DNA of 60,028 bases, the filler included, from Dirinaria sp. TL-2023a (lineage: Eukaryota), in assembly GCA_051941275.1 (NCBI GenBank). It is 9 parts of 9 records of this genome, joined end to end, with 100 filler letters (N's around TTAATTAATTAA, not from the genome) between each part and the next. Parts side by side here need not be neighbours in the genome. Positions count along the whole stretch, not along the records: positions 6,711 to 13,307 come from JAVEBF010001454.1; positions 13,408 to 19,991 come from JAVEBF010001455.1; positions 20,092 to 26,671 come from JAVEBF010001456.1; 6 more parts are not named here. One strand, written 5' to 3'. Below the pieces are notes generated by a model, which made no database searches, was not told where the DNA came from, and saw only the letters and a program-made list of their open reading frames with translations. Both the position numbers and the translations under genes were made by a program. Below, one piece after another: positions 11,575-24,068 of the stretch; the first letter of the stretch is position 1, and each line of letters opens with the position of its first letter.

Positions 11575-12845
11575 ATGGCAGTCCATGACATAGTGGTCGT
11601 TGGAGGCAGCTTCGCCGGCTTGAGCACCGCCCACTACCTCCTCCGTCACACGATCCCCAAACTCGAAGCGCACAACCGAAGCAACAGCTCCAGCCAAAGC
11701 TACAAGGTAACGCTGATCTCGACCACGGACCACTTCTTCTTCAAAGTCGGCTCCCCTCGGACAGTCGCCAGTCCCGACCTGATCCCCGTGGACAAGGTCC
11801 TGCTGCCCATCGCCGATGGCTTCAAGGATTACGCCGCAGACCACTTCAAGCTCGTGATTGGGACCGCAACGTCCGTGGATGAGGGAACGAAGACGATTTC
11901 CGTCAGCACCCACGATGGAGCAGGTGGACAGACAAACATACCGTATGCGACATTGGTCATCGCGACGGGCTCACGATCCTCCTCTCCGCTGTGGACGCTC
12001 CAAGATACCGCCCAGCAAACCGACGCCGAGCTCAAGCGAGTTCATGCGGCCCTGCAAAAGGCAAGCAGCAGCAGCGTCCTCATCGCGGGCGGCGGGCCCG
12101 CGGGCGTCGAAACAGCAGGTACGTAATGTCAGTCCACTTACCATCCCAGACTGATTCCCCCTCTACCACAGGAGAAATAGCATACGCATACCCCAAGCAC
12201 GAAACCACGATCCTCAGCGGCAGCACACGGCTCCTAACCCGTCTCCGTCCAGCCATCGGCCAAGCGGCCGAAGCGCAACTATCCAAACTCGGCGTGCGCA
12301 CCATCCACAATCTCCGCGTTATCTCCACCGCCACGGACCCCCAAAACAACAACAACAAGACAACCGTAACGCTATCCGACAACAGCACCCAAACAGTAGA
12401 CATCTACATCGACGCCACCGGTCCGCGCCCCAACACCTCCTGGCTCCCCTCATCCCTCCTATCCCCACAAACCTCGCGCGTCGAAACCGATCCCACGACG
12501 CTCCGCACCGGAAGCCCAAATATCTACGCCATCGGCGACGCGGCCTCGTATTCGAAACTGGTCCTCTTCGACGTCAACGACGCCGTGCGCCCGCTGTGCT
12601 CGTCGATCCTGCACGATCTGTGGCCCTCCTCCTCCTCGGGGGGAAAAGAAGGGAAACCGAAAGAGGTGCCGTACAAGCAGATGCAGAAGGAGATGCAGGT
12701 GGTGCCCGTGGGGCAGAAGGCGGGCGTCGGGGTGGTCATGGGGTGGAAGGTGCCGAGCTGGTTCGTGTGGATGGTCAAAGGCCGGACGTATTTCATCGAG
12801 AAGGCGCGGGGCACGGTGAGCGGGGCGGAGTTTGTCAAGGCTTGA
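11575..12845 (+). CDS. AIF/AMID-like pyridine nucleotide-disulfide oxidoreductase; exons 11575-12118, 12172-12845
   Basis: FAD-binding VVVGGSFAG, LVIATGS, NAD-binding IAGGGPAGVETAGEI (spans intron 12119-12171), DATG.RPNT and IYAIGD motifs. Confidence 0.9.
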
Positions 12846-13307
12846 TTTTGAGGAGTTGGAGTGTTACCCTCCATCCTCCATACTACAGCTGAACGCCAAG
12901 AAAGTAATTAATCGTGTTCCGTACCTCCCCCCTTTTCCTTTTTTGCTCTCCTCGATACTTTACCTCCAAACCCACCTTTTTTTCTACCTCGGTATCGAAT
13001 GAGTTTGCAATTCAATTCAATTGTGATCCATTTCCTGCACTCACTCTCACAGAAAATGGAAATTAAACACATCTTTTCAAGGGGGGGGACAAAGCGCAAC
13101 AAAAAGAAAAAAAAGAAAGAAAAGTAAAAGAAGTCGGGTCGAATGGAAAATAAGTTTGATAGATGGGATGGATTTGAGTGCTGATCCCCACTCCCGTCAT
13201 CGAAATAAAATGAAAAAAGAAAATGAAACCCGACCTTTTGCACCGAAAAAATAGTCTTACCTTTAATCGTTCAGCATTGAAGGGGGGAAAAATCATTGGT
13301 TTAAGAG

Positions 13308-13407
13308 NNNNNNNNNNNNNNNNNNNNNNNNNNNNNNNNNNNNNNNNNNNNTTAATTAATTAANNNNNNNNNNNNNNNNNNNNNNNNNNNNNNNNNNNNN
13401 NNNNNNN
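13308..13407. other. Artificial contig spacer
   Basis: N44-TTAATTAATTAA-N44. Confidence 0.99.
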
Positions 13408-13967
13408 GAGTTGACGGGGGGCAAAGGGGTGAAGGCTAGTTTCGATGGCGTGGGCAAAGCGACGTTTGAGCGGAGTTTGCAGGTTACGGCTAGGAAGGGG
13501 ACGGTGGTGAGTTTTGGCAATGCGAGTGGTGCCGTAGAGCCTTTTAGTCTTACGTGAGTTTTACTCTTTTCTTTTTTTCCTTTTTTTTTTGGGAAGCGGT
13601 GTTCGTCTCTACAAGAAAAAGAGGTGAACAATTGAAGGAAGTTACTTTAGGGATCAGATTTGCTAATGCCTATCACGCTCCAGGAAACTAAGTGCAAAGA
13701 ACCTCAAGCTCGTACGGCCGTCGCTGCCCAACTATATCGTTACTCGAGAGGAGTACGAGAAGTATGCCGAGGAGCTGTGGCGCTTGATGATCAAGGAGAA
13801 GTTCGATGTGCGCGTGCATAAAACATATCCGTTGAAAGATGCTGCGCAGGCACAGACTGTAAGTACCATTATTCCTCCATCACGAAGAAAAAATGGCACT
13901 TCTAAATCTCGAAAAATAGGACCTGGAAAGTCGGAAGACCATGGGCAAGCTGCTTATGACGCCTTGA
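13408..13967 (+). CDS. NADPH:quinone oxidoreductase (zeta-crystallin/Zta1-like), 3' part only; exons <13408-13553, 13684-13858, 13920-13967
   Basis: Spliced translation ELTGGKGVKASFDGVGKATFERSLQVTARKGTVVSFGNASGAVEPF..KLSAKNLKLVRPSL..HKTYPLKDAAQAQTDLESRKTMGKLLMTP*. Truncated at the contig start. Confidence 0.9.
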
Positions 13968-14107
13968 TGGAAGCCTAGATACACTGAATTCCGTCTCTGT
14001 CCCGAGTTAACGATTTTTGCTTCACTGGCACACGTCACAGTGGTTTTTTTTCCCCCCCCTTAGTTTTCCCATTGACGAGTCAGCTAATGGGGTCATCCAC
14101 CGACATA

Positions 14108-15933
14108 TCAGTCCTTCGCTTCATCCTGTGCAGTAATGTCCGTCACCTCATCATCGACTCCATTCCCCTCCCCGTCTTCGGGCTCATCCGCTTCTTCATT
14201 CTGCACTGCCTTCTCGCGCATCGGCAGCCAAGTCTTCTCGATCTTCCGCCAACCGATCATGAGATCGTTCGGCAGCATCTGATAGAAGGATGCGTAAATG
14301 CCCCGCATCTGATCGAAGTAAAGAACTCCAAAACTGAGCTCCTTGATAGTCGTGATGAATTTCATCCCAACGAAGCACAGACTGAGCACGTTATCCTCCA
14401 CCCACAGTTCGTACTCCTTGACCTCCTTCGGCGCAGTGGCCGCAGCAGCTTCTTCCTCCTCTGTCAGGTCTTCAGGCGGAGCACCAGGGTAGTGCCACGT
14501 CTTCACCTTCAGGCGGCCGAGCGGCTTCAACCCTTTTCCGACCGAGGTTTGGTAGAGCTCGAGGATTTCTTGTTCCGCCGGCAGTAATTCCGTCACTTCG
14601 AGCCCTGTCGCTGTCTCCTTTACCACCTTAATCTTATGGGCGTCACTTTGCTTCTTATAAGCTTGGATGACGTCTTGCTCGCCTCGCGCAATAAGTCCGG
14701 CTTTGAAAGTATGCTTCGCCATCTCTGGGCTGATACCGCTGCTCGCTACGGCAGCAAACTCCTTAGTCCATTCTTGATCAGCTAGGTCGGTGAAGTGGAG
14801 GCCCTGCAATTGGCCGCCGAAAAGCTCGGAACATGCCGTGTTGAAGCGACCCGGGAGTAGTCCGCTTGCTTGGGTAATCATCCAGAGCTCCCTCTCAGCT
14901 TGGTTGACAATATCCCTAGTGGCGTAGATTTGCCCTTTAAATTCTGGACAGACATCGTGGTGTAAAAGGTAGTTGAGGAAGTTGCGGATGACGTTCGTTT
15001 TCGATTTGATAGCCTCCTCAGAGTAGAGATCGAAATGGATAGGCAAGTGGTATGACCTGGAGACGGTAAGCATACCGATGCAGTACTTAGAAGATAGCTA
15101 GGCGCTGTTGACACTTACAGAAAACCTTTGGCAACTCCCTCGAAATCCACCACGAACTCAGGTTCGCCAACGTCCCCCTTGTCTTGGCCAACCGCGTGTG
15201 TGGCCGTGAGGGTCCGTATCTCCGCCGCCGTCTTGTCGGATATGGTGTTTGGGTCGAGACCACCTGAGAACATCTTTGGGCCCGTGTCCACCCCGCCATA
15301 CGCCATCCATTTGTCAAAGACGTTTTTACGCGCGGAATCCATGTTGCGTTTGGCTGAGTAGCGTTGTATAGCAACTTCAATGCGTCTATTCAAGCGTTAG
15401 GTCATCGTGCTGCCAGAGAACAGGACATGCATACTCGCGGAATGGAAGCGACCTTATATAGAGTCAGAATAGCTAGAGCATAGAAATAAGTCGCGACACT
15501 CACTCATGATACAAGCTTTGCTCCTCCTCGGCCTCAGCTGAGGTAAGAGGAGGGTCTACATAGTATTCTTCAAACCCAGAGATAGCGTTCTACATGGTCA
15601 ATCACCAATGCTGTTATGATCGATGCAGAACCTTACCACGCCTCTCTTGCTCTTCGGCTTCTTTTTCTTGCTCTTCTTTTTGGCTTTGCCTGTTCCGCCC
15701 ACTGTCACTCGAGCCTCCTGGCCAATGCTCGCTTCATCGTGCTCTTCGTCGTCCGCGACCTCATCCTCGGGCGCTACGTAGTTGTTTTTGAAATTTGCTT
15801 CTTGTGCTTCATCATTCACATGGACGACTGGTGGGGATTCCGTCTGAGTCAGCTTTTGTCCGTTAGCTAAGATATGAGAATGTATTCCACAGCCATCTGA
15901 TATCACCTCTTCGGACGGCTGGTGGTTCGGCAT
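14108..15933 (-). CDS. arb1: Argonaute siRNA chaperone complex subunit Arb1-like protein (multi-exon)
   Basis: KKKKPKSKRG, GFEEYYVDPPLT.AEAEEEQSLY, IEVAIQRYSAKR, FDKWMAYGGV..GPKMFSG and NFLNYLLHHDVCPE are characteristic of fungal Arb1. Several short introns lie between 15060 and 15640. Confidence 0.85.
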
Positions 15934-17168
15934 TATGCGAGCTTGGACTGAAGACTGAAGAAGAATCTTGAATGGAAAAGGTGAGACATAAAGCTGGATC
16001 TGGCTTTTTAGAAGTACATCTTGTGACGTGCTGTTGAGTGTTGAGCTCGTCACTTCACGGCAAAGATGAGAGGTGAGCTTTAGAAGTCGATGTGGGAGCA
16101 ATCTTCAGGGAGCGGATTGGTTACTCCAGAAAGAGAGCAAGTGAAGGGAAGTTAAACAGAAATTAGACGTGTTCCTTGAGAGACTGGCCGAGGATGAATG
16201 TTTTGGAGACGTTCGCTCACAGTCAGGTAAGGCTTGATGAATCAAGGTATCTCCAATGATACCTTAGTGTTGCAAGACGTATCAAGTAATCAGTTGACTA
16301 CATTCAAGGCACCATTGAGCGGTCGCTCAATGGCTCAAGTTGGGAGAACAACAGGGAAGACCAATCTACGAGTTCGCGGTTTCACGTGGTCTTCAATTGC
16401 GAAAGTGTTTGCTGGAGGCAATTGCTATGCCGAGACCTGCCAGCTGCCGCCTCCATACAAACCATACAAATGTCGATAACAGAAGGTACGGTTCCATGTA
16501 GCCAGTGCACGAACGAAGGCTAGCAGTTACATATTAAGGTACCTCGCAACCGAACAAATTCACCTTTGTCTTGATATTGGATCAGGTGGTCGTTGAATCC
16601 GCCTCCGATAACCTATCAGGATGAGCGGGAGACAATCGGGGTTGGCACTTGATCGAACCATCACGGCCATGCAAAGGATTCAGCAGCTGACGTCCTTCAC
16701 CGATAGAATCGCCGAGAGTAATACCTAAGGTAGTGAGAGAGCTGAAAGGGACCGAGATGCGTTCTCTGGATCGAGTCTTTTCTAGTCCTTGGTAGATTGC
16801 TGTCTAGATGAGGTGGGCAGGGCTGGCTCAAAGAGGCAATGATTGCGAGCGTTGAGGATGATACAACCCTAACCCTGAATAAAGCTGGGCTGGCTTTGCT
16901 TGGGCTCTCCCCTTCTTCGTGGCTGACGTCATTGGCAAGGATGTACCCGGCAGCCGCGATTAGATTTGCGCTTTCTCGGCAACCGGCTGCTTTTATTCCT
17001 GGCAGCGCCGATCTTTGCTGCTGTTTCATACCGGAGCAAACTGCTTGCTTCCGTTACAAGGCTGTGAAAGCGTGAATCATGTTCCGAGAATCCGACTGCT
17101 CGATCTCCTCTTCACCTCCTCATACCATGTGCGAAAACCACTGCGGCTAGCTAAGACACATTCCATCA

Positions 17169-18461
17169 ATGGCGCAGAAGTCCTTCCGCAAGTCACAGCT
17201 GATTGAGTTCAAGAACACCGCTGCCGGCCAGTGAGTCCACCCCCCTGCAAAAAGAGTGCCGGTCGAAGGATGCAATTGCTAACCATCGCATTGCAGTGAT
17301 GGTGTTCTCTCCGATCCGTCGGGCTCGCTGATCATCAAACCTTGCAAACCGGCCGAGATACGGTTCTATGAGTCCTGCGCAGCGCACGAAGAGTTTGCCG
17401 AGTACATCCCAACATTCATGGGCACCTTGTCTTTGTCGTCAGATACCGATCCGGCGCAGGCCGCCGCAGCTCTAATGCAATCAAAGGAGGCTCAAGTTCA
17501 AGTCCAGGGACCTAGCGGTGTCTCAGAAGCGATTGTGGTTGACAATGTATGGACGCCGTCGAACGGTGGTAAGATCAGCACCAATTGCGCGCTTGTCATG
17601 GAAAATGTTGCCGATGGGTACAAAAAGCCGAACATCCTCGATGTCAAATTGGGTGCCAGATTATGGGCTGATGACGCGCCGCCTGCAAAGCGAGCAAAGC
17701 TAGACAAGGTCGCGGGAGAGACCACAAGCAAACCCTTGGGTTTCCGAATTGCCGGCATGAGAATATGGAAGGGACTCGATAGCGCCGGTCAAGACGGCGT
17801 CAACGCTGATGGGTACCACTTCTACGACAAAGACTATGGACGAGCCCTTAAAGCAGACAACGTCGTTGAAGGCTTCGAGGATTACTTTCGAATGGCGAGA
17901 GGGGCAAAGCCTACCCGCCGGCTGACCAAGGTAATTAAGCGCTTCATCGAGGACCTCCAAGAATTGCAGACTGTTCTTGAGAAAGAAGAAAGCAGGATGT
18001 ACTCTGCCAGCCTTCTGTTTGTTTACGAAGGGGACTCATCGGCACTGCAGGAGGCCTTTCGTAGAGAATCACAAATGCTCGACTCCATGGAAGCCGAGAC
18101 AGATCTGCCATTAGAAGGTGACAGCGGGCCTAAGTCGGATGAAGTCGCAATCAATCAGGTGACTTCGAAGTCCAGCGGCGGCACTGGTGTCCCGCCATCA
18201 GTCAACGGTGACGGACACGTTGCACATGACGTCAAACCCGAGAGCATTGCAGCGGATAAAGCGGCAGAGCACCAGCCAATAACAGCTGCAGTACCAGCTA
18301 ATGGAGATGATGCTGAAGGCGAAGTCGCCTTGCCCCGAACACAAGCGCTGAAGCTGATCGACTTTGCACATGCGGAATGGACTCCGGGCCAAGGCCGAGA
18401 CGAAAATCTTCTGCACGGCATCAGGAATGTCATCGATACACTCGGTGGGCTCTTGATGTAG
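17169..18461 (+). CDS. IPK2: Inositol polyphosphate multikinase (Ipk2/Arg82 family); exons 17169-17230, 17297-18461
   Basis: AAGH/DGVL, IIKPCKPAEIRFYE, PNILDVKLG (PxxxDxKxG), LGFRIAGM, SASLLFVYEGD and LIDFAH motifs. Confidence 0.92.
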
Positions 18462-19991
18462 AACCAATTGACTCATGCCCTCGACTATCACGATTGAAAA
18501 ATAGCCCAGGCTGGCCCTCTCGATGTAGAATTTGACGAGGAAATGATGCTAGGCACGCGAAATGAGCACTGTCGCTATCTCTTACTTTTGCAGTGAGGAA
18601 AAAGTATCCAGGAAAAAGGCACTATTTTCTGTTATCAAGGAACTCTGGGCGTTGTAGATACTTTCTGTTGGTCCTGTGGACTGACAATCATGTTTCCTAC
18701 CAAAATCACATTTTGCGCTCCCATGACTACAAGTATCCTTTCATGGTTGAGAAGTTGCGCTGCTGCTACTCGATTCTCTGCGAGGCATGAAATCATTCGA
18801 GCTTTTCCTTGCCCTATGTTGTTGGTAGCTCAAAATTGCCATCTAGGAGTAGCAGGACCACGTAGCTAGCTAATGAAATATCACACCAAGTTGATGATTT
18901 GGGACCTTTACACCTATTTTCCCACGTTCATAAAACTCCAGCAGATTTTTGACTCGAAAGATCACGTCCAGCTTCTGACGGATTTGCCGAGTTACATGTA
19001 CCCAAGGCACATCTCGAATTTCACGCCGGAGCGCAGTCCACGGAACGATCTTCAGCAAATGCTGCATGAGTATCTTCCGCTCTGCTACGCAGTCAATGTC
19101 TTGCCTCTTATCTTATATAATAAGTCCAAGACGCTTCTTTCCCAACCTTTCCTAGGTAGTCTGGCTCTTTAGCTCTGCAACCCTCTCCAGGCTACCACGG
19201 TGCCTTGGTGAGCTTCCCAGGATTGCACAGAAGCCAGCACAGAGCGACATCCATTCACTCACCTGTAACCAGAAAATCCCCTTACCTCCCCCAGACAAAT
19301 CCACCACAGCTACTCAAGAAAGATATTAGGAGAGCAGCAGATCATACCTGATGTACCTTACCATACATGTATATGGCAGCATTGCAAACCCCTTCTAAAC
19401 CATAACCGGTATCAGTACAACTACAAATCGTAAGCCCGGCACGATGAAACCTTGCAATCCTCAAATAACCAAACTCGGCAGCCTAAAAACCCAATAAGGA
19501 AACCATAAAGCTGCTCGAACCAGTATCCAAGCTCCTTCCCTGTCCTGCTCCAATGGAAATTCTTCTTAACTCACCAAAAGCATCGGTCCATGCTCTCTTT
19601 TCCCCCGCAACCTCTCGATCGTCGAGTATCCCGCTGCCTTGAGCTTGAAAACTTCGCTAGGCGGATTCATGGTTCATGTTTGTCGGCACATTATACATAT
19701 ACTCATTCAAAGTTTTTCAACTCTACACAAAGAGATGGAAAAATTAAACGGCCGCATTAATTCCTCCCCAGCCTCTCCAAGATATGTAGACTTAAACGGG
19801 AAAAGAACAAAGTATCAAACACCAAAAAGAAAAGGATCCTCACTTAATACAATCCTCAACTTTTCTTTTCCTGTGAAACCCACTAAACGCGCCATCTCAA
19901 GTTCCCTCGCACGTAAACCGTTCTTGAATATTCCGAGCAAAAGCAATCATAAGGTAGGTAGAATTAAGGTAAAGTAAGATAAGTATACTTT

Positions 19992-20091
19992 NNNNNNNNN
20001 NNNNNNNNNNNNNNNNNNNNNNNNNNNNNNNNNNNTTAATTAATTAANNNNNNNNNNNNNNNNNNNNNNNNNNNNNNNNNNNNNNNNNNNN
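19992..20091. other. Artificial contig spacer
   Basis: N44-TTAATTAATTAA-N44. Confidence 0.99.
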
Positions 20092-21680
20092 AGATGACAC
20101 GCTTGCATTGACTTGGCCCCGATGCCAGGTCAGACCCTAATAACCTTTAGGTACCGCATACCGATTCGATACGCGGCTGGGAGCGTTGGCGAGTAGTGGA
20201 TCCCTCACCTCCAGTCTTCTTCCCACCCCCCTTCTTATTCTCCTCATACAGTAGTAGTAGCGTCGGCTTACGCTACCGCTCTCGCAAGACCACCGTGTCG
20301 GATCCTCATTGCTCGGGATTCACCCACTCGGGTACGCATTCTGGCTCGTGCTTACAAGCCTCCCGCAGCGATGAGGCTCATGGGGAATTGAGCATGAGGA
20401 CAGGCATCCTACTTTCGGATTCGTGTCGAACCTAGAAGGGAGTAACTCGCGAAAGGTGACTAGCAGATAGAGCCATTTGTAGTCCTATCAACGCGATGCC
20501 TCCGAGATGAGACACGAGGCTCTGGGCTCCTAGTCCTAGGTCAGATCTCCGGTTGCGATACGTAGTCAGTTTAGATTAATAACCGTCGACTGTCATCTCG
20601 AAAGGGGGCTTCCCGATCTCGATTCAGCAATGCCGGGGAAGTTTAGGCGTTTGACTGGCGTCTGGGTGGCTTGGGACCACCTGGGACTGGGGCGACGGGC
20701 GTTATCGAGTGTGGCCATCTGGGTGGGTTGTGACCATTTAGGCCCAACGAGTCCGGCATTTGTGGCCCAGCAAGCCTCTAAAAATTCTCCTTAAGGCTGC
20801 TCTGCATGGTCCGTCAACCTACTTCTAGCATGCCACGTTTTTTTTTACGGTGTTTTGCTGCCGCCGATCCCAATTCCACGCTTGCCAGAAGAAACAAGTC
20901 CATGATGAAACCACACTGATCTTCGGCGCGTAAGCGATTGTAGGAGCCTAATCGACAGCGATACCTTCCTGACTTTGCACGCAAAGCTTCCAACTCCCTT
21001 CAGAAGGATCCAAGGAAATTAAATCGGGGTTCTCCACGGTGGATGAGTGAATGGGGCATGGCACACCCAGAAGGGAACTCCAATAATGACGCAAGCTGCG
21101 CGAGATTAAAGCTCCATTCGCGTGGGATGAGGGTCCTCGGAAGGTTTTTGAGGATGATGTATGATTAATTTCATGATTATGGTAACTTTTGTCAAGCAGA
21201 TAACGGGACGCGTAGAATCTGGCACAATTGGTGGTTGCCAGGTTGGCCATTGGACGACTAGCCGAGTTCTGTTTCCGGTTTAAGGCGAAGCCCGAGCGAG
21301 TGCAAATATGACCCTTTCCATTTACGACCAGGAAATTCTATAAACGTTCACAGTCGTGGGATGATGAGGGCCCGAGGGGGAGAATTAAGTTGGCACCTCT
21401 TCTGCAAGTTCTAGTCTTTATGTTACGTTTCCATTCGGGAGATCGACACCAGCTTGAAACGTCGAGCTGCTCGAAATTATCCGGCAGTCGAATGGTCGTA
21501 AGATACTCTAATATTCCTCTTATTATTGTTGTTGTTGTTATTATGCTCCTCGAGGGGCAGTTTCGCGAAGCCCTTTTTCTTCCCTTGAGCCAAGACTTGT
21601 CCCATGCGCGCCAATCGCCAAGGCTCCGGAGACTGAAGTAGACTCACAGCAGCATTGTTATTACTATTGTGAGCTACCTC

Positions 21681-21725
21681 CTGGACCAACTAGACCAACT
21701 GGACCAACTGGACCAACTGAACCAA
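21681..21725. repeat. 9-bp minisatellite (CTGGACCAA)x5 with two variant units
   Basis: ctggaccaa ctagaccaa ctggaccaa ctggaccaa ctgaaccaa. Confidence 0.9.
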
Positions 21726-22930
21726 GCGCTGTGCGATCATCAGTTCACTGAATCTTATACAAAGTTTTCGTAGGATGTTGGGTCTCGGACGTTAATGCCC
21801 GCAGCTTCTAACTTTGATAGGTGTCTTGCAGGGGGACCCTGTGTAGGGGGACCCTGGCCTTGGGGTCATGCCATGTCTACATACTGTAACTCAGAGCAAC
21901 ACTGCTCATCATGGTTCAAGAGAAGGTACTTTACTGTACCTTGCTCGACGACAAATGCGTAGGGACTACTGCGTACCTGAGAGACTACTGCGTGTGTGGC
22001 AGCTTCGGCAGCTTTGTGGCTCGTGCTTACACTAGTCGCCGTTCCCGACTTTCGGTGGAGAGCACAGTAGCCTCATGCGTCTTTTCACTCCTCGCAGCTC
22101 GTGGGTTCGTACTAGAGTACGAAAGACACTCAATTTCCCTTCTTGGGTGGCAGGGGCTGAAGGGGCAGGATCCGTATTCACTGCCAGCACAGAGGTACAT
22201 GCGTAACATTGATGTAAGGTATACTTTACTTTCCACTACCACGAGCTACGCAGGAGAACCGCTCGGTCAGATCCCTCTCGGACCTTTCCTGGGGAACGGA
22301 GCTCAGGCCTGGATTCTCGTTCTGCAACACGGTACGCGCCTGTCATCAGCCTTATTGCCAGTTCAGCGAGGGCATGCTTGTTTCCTAGGCTGGCTGCAAA
22401 GCCAGCGACATACGGGTTGCGAGCACTACAGTAGTGAACAGGTACCGTGTCATGGGGCAAATAAGCATTTGACCAAGCAATGAGTTGACCGGTAAAGCAA
22501 AATAGGCCTCCATAGCGCTGCATTGTGAGAAGGCTTGTATCTGCCGGCTAGTTCATTGAGCGTTTCCAAAAATCTGCGCTCAGTGTAAGCCCTCATGGCA
22601 TAGATTGGGGGAAAGCTGAGCGCGCCGCCGTACTTGGATTACCCGTCGATGCGAATCCTTCCAACAAGGAAGCGCTGCAGACATTCTCAGTATCCAGGAC
22701 GTTCAAGCATTGAAACCGTATTAGTCATGACGACTAACCCCGGAGCGCGTCAGCCTCCACCACCTAGGGAAGCTATATCCCACAATATCAGGGCAAAACA
22801 GTTTCAAAGCTCAGTCAAACAAGCAGTAATCTGCGATGAACAAATCACCAAGCCTTGCTATCACCTGACGTGGTCTATGCGTGCCCTGGCACCACCAGGT
22901 TACTTCATTACGACTCCGATCATCCAATGG

Positions 22931-24068
22931 TCATTTTGATGGTTTAAATTTGTGTAACGGCAGACCCGATACTCCAACGCTGACTCGAAAGAGACTGCCG
23001 GCAAATTTCACAGAATCGGGGAATTTCTCCGGGTCTTCTTCCTCGGCGGAAGTCATGAAGAGGTCTTCACCAACAAACCCTGGGCATGTTATCATACGCG
23101 TTGGTAGCATGATCTCGCCCACGATCTTGGCTTCTCTCGATACCCTTATCACCTTACCTGCTCCGCACAGAGCTATCCAAAAGCAGCCTTCGACATCCAT
23201 CGCGAATCCGTCGGGCACCGCATTCTCTTCGTCCACGTGGAAAAATACCCTTCTGTTCGACAGGTTCCCAGTCGATGATTCGTAATCAAACATGAAGATG
23301 TTGCCTGTAGGAGTGTCTGTGAAATAAAACGTTTTGTCGTCTGCACTCCAGCCCATGCCATTTGGGATGCTAGCTTGCTCAATCATTCGGTGCAGCTTCA
23401 AATCCGGATCAAGGCGAAACAGCACGCCTTCATTTGATGGTGCTTGGATTTTAGGATCATTCATAGAACCCACCCAATACCGTCCTTGGGTATCTACAGC
23501 CCCGTCGTTCATCCGCATTCTATTAGGCAAAGTCAATAATAGTAGATAAGAATCGGACCGAGCGCATGAACGATACCGCTTGTCTTTCCCAGGGCCATCG
23601 CGCTCATCCCAAACCTTTTTGATATACTCAAGCCGGCCAGTGCTGCGTTTCATCGAGGCATAGCCGTACTTGGCGCCGACAATGATCTCGTTGTCACGAC
23701 CATCAATATCAGCTGTGGTACTGACCCTTGATCAGCCAAGCCTACAAGAGAGCATGGAACGAGCATGCCTACCTTACAGCCTCTACATCAAACGACTGGA
23801 GAGAGGAAGGACCCTTGTTTAGATCTACCACGTGCACCTTATCCTTAACGATATCTACGAAACGGAGAGTGTGCGAAGAGCGCTCGTAGAACGGCGCTTC
23901 TCCAAGCCCGCAATCGAGGCGGAGATAGGGCTACCAACGCTGTTAGATGAGCAATGATACCTACTTCAGTGAGATGGGTCCCCATGAACTTCGATCGCCA
24001 TTCGATGGCAGCCATTCGTGTTCCCAGTCACTCACCTCGGTCACCACCCAGCGCTTGATCTCGGCCAT
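22931..24068 (-). CDS. SMP-30/gluconolactonase/regucalcin family protein (4 exons)
   Basis: MAEIKRWVVTE / PYLRLDCGLGEAPFY..FVDI / ..GAKYGYA / RMNDGAVDTQGRYWVGSM, IPNGMGWS, PDGFAMDVEG and TCPGF motifs. Introns are GT-AG. Confidence 0.9.

Noticed and set aside
2280..13967. A redox gene cluster of NOS, the AIF-like oxidoreductase and the quinone reductase
   Set aside because: The three genes lie on three different contigs joined artificially.
18870..19670. Possible small spliced gene or relic on the minus strand downstream of IPK2
   Set aside because: It has in-frame stops, no consistent exon chain and no recognisable domain.
21911..22483. 190-aa plus-strand ORF
   Set aside because: It has no motif or coding-like composition, so it is probably a chance ORF.
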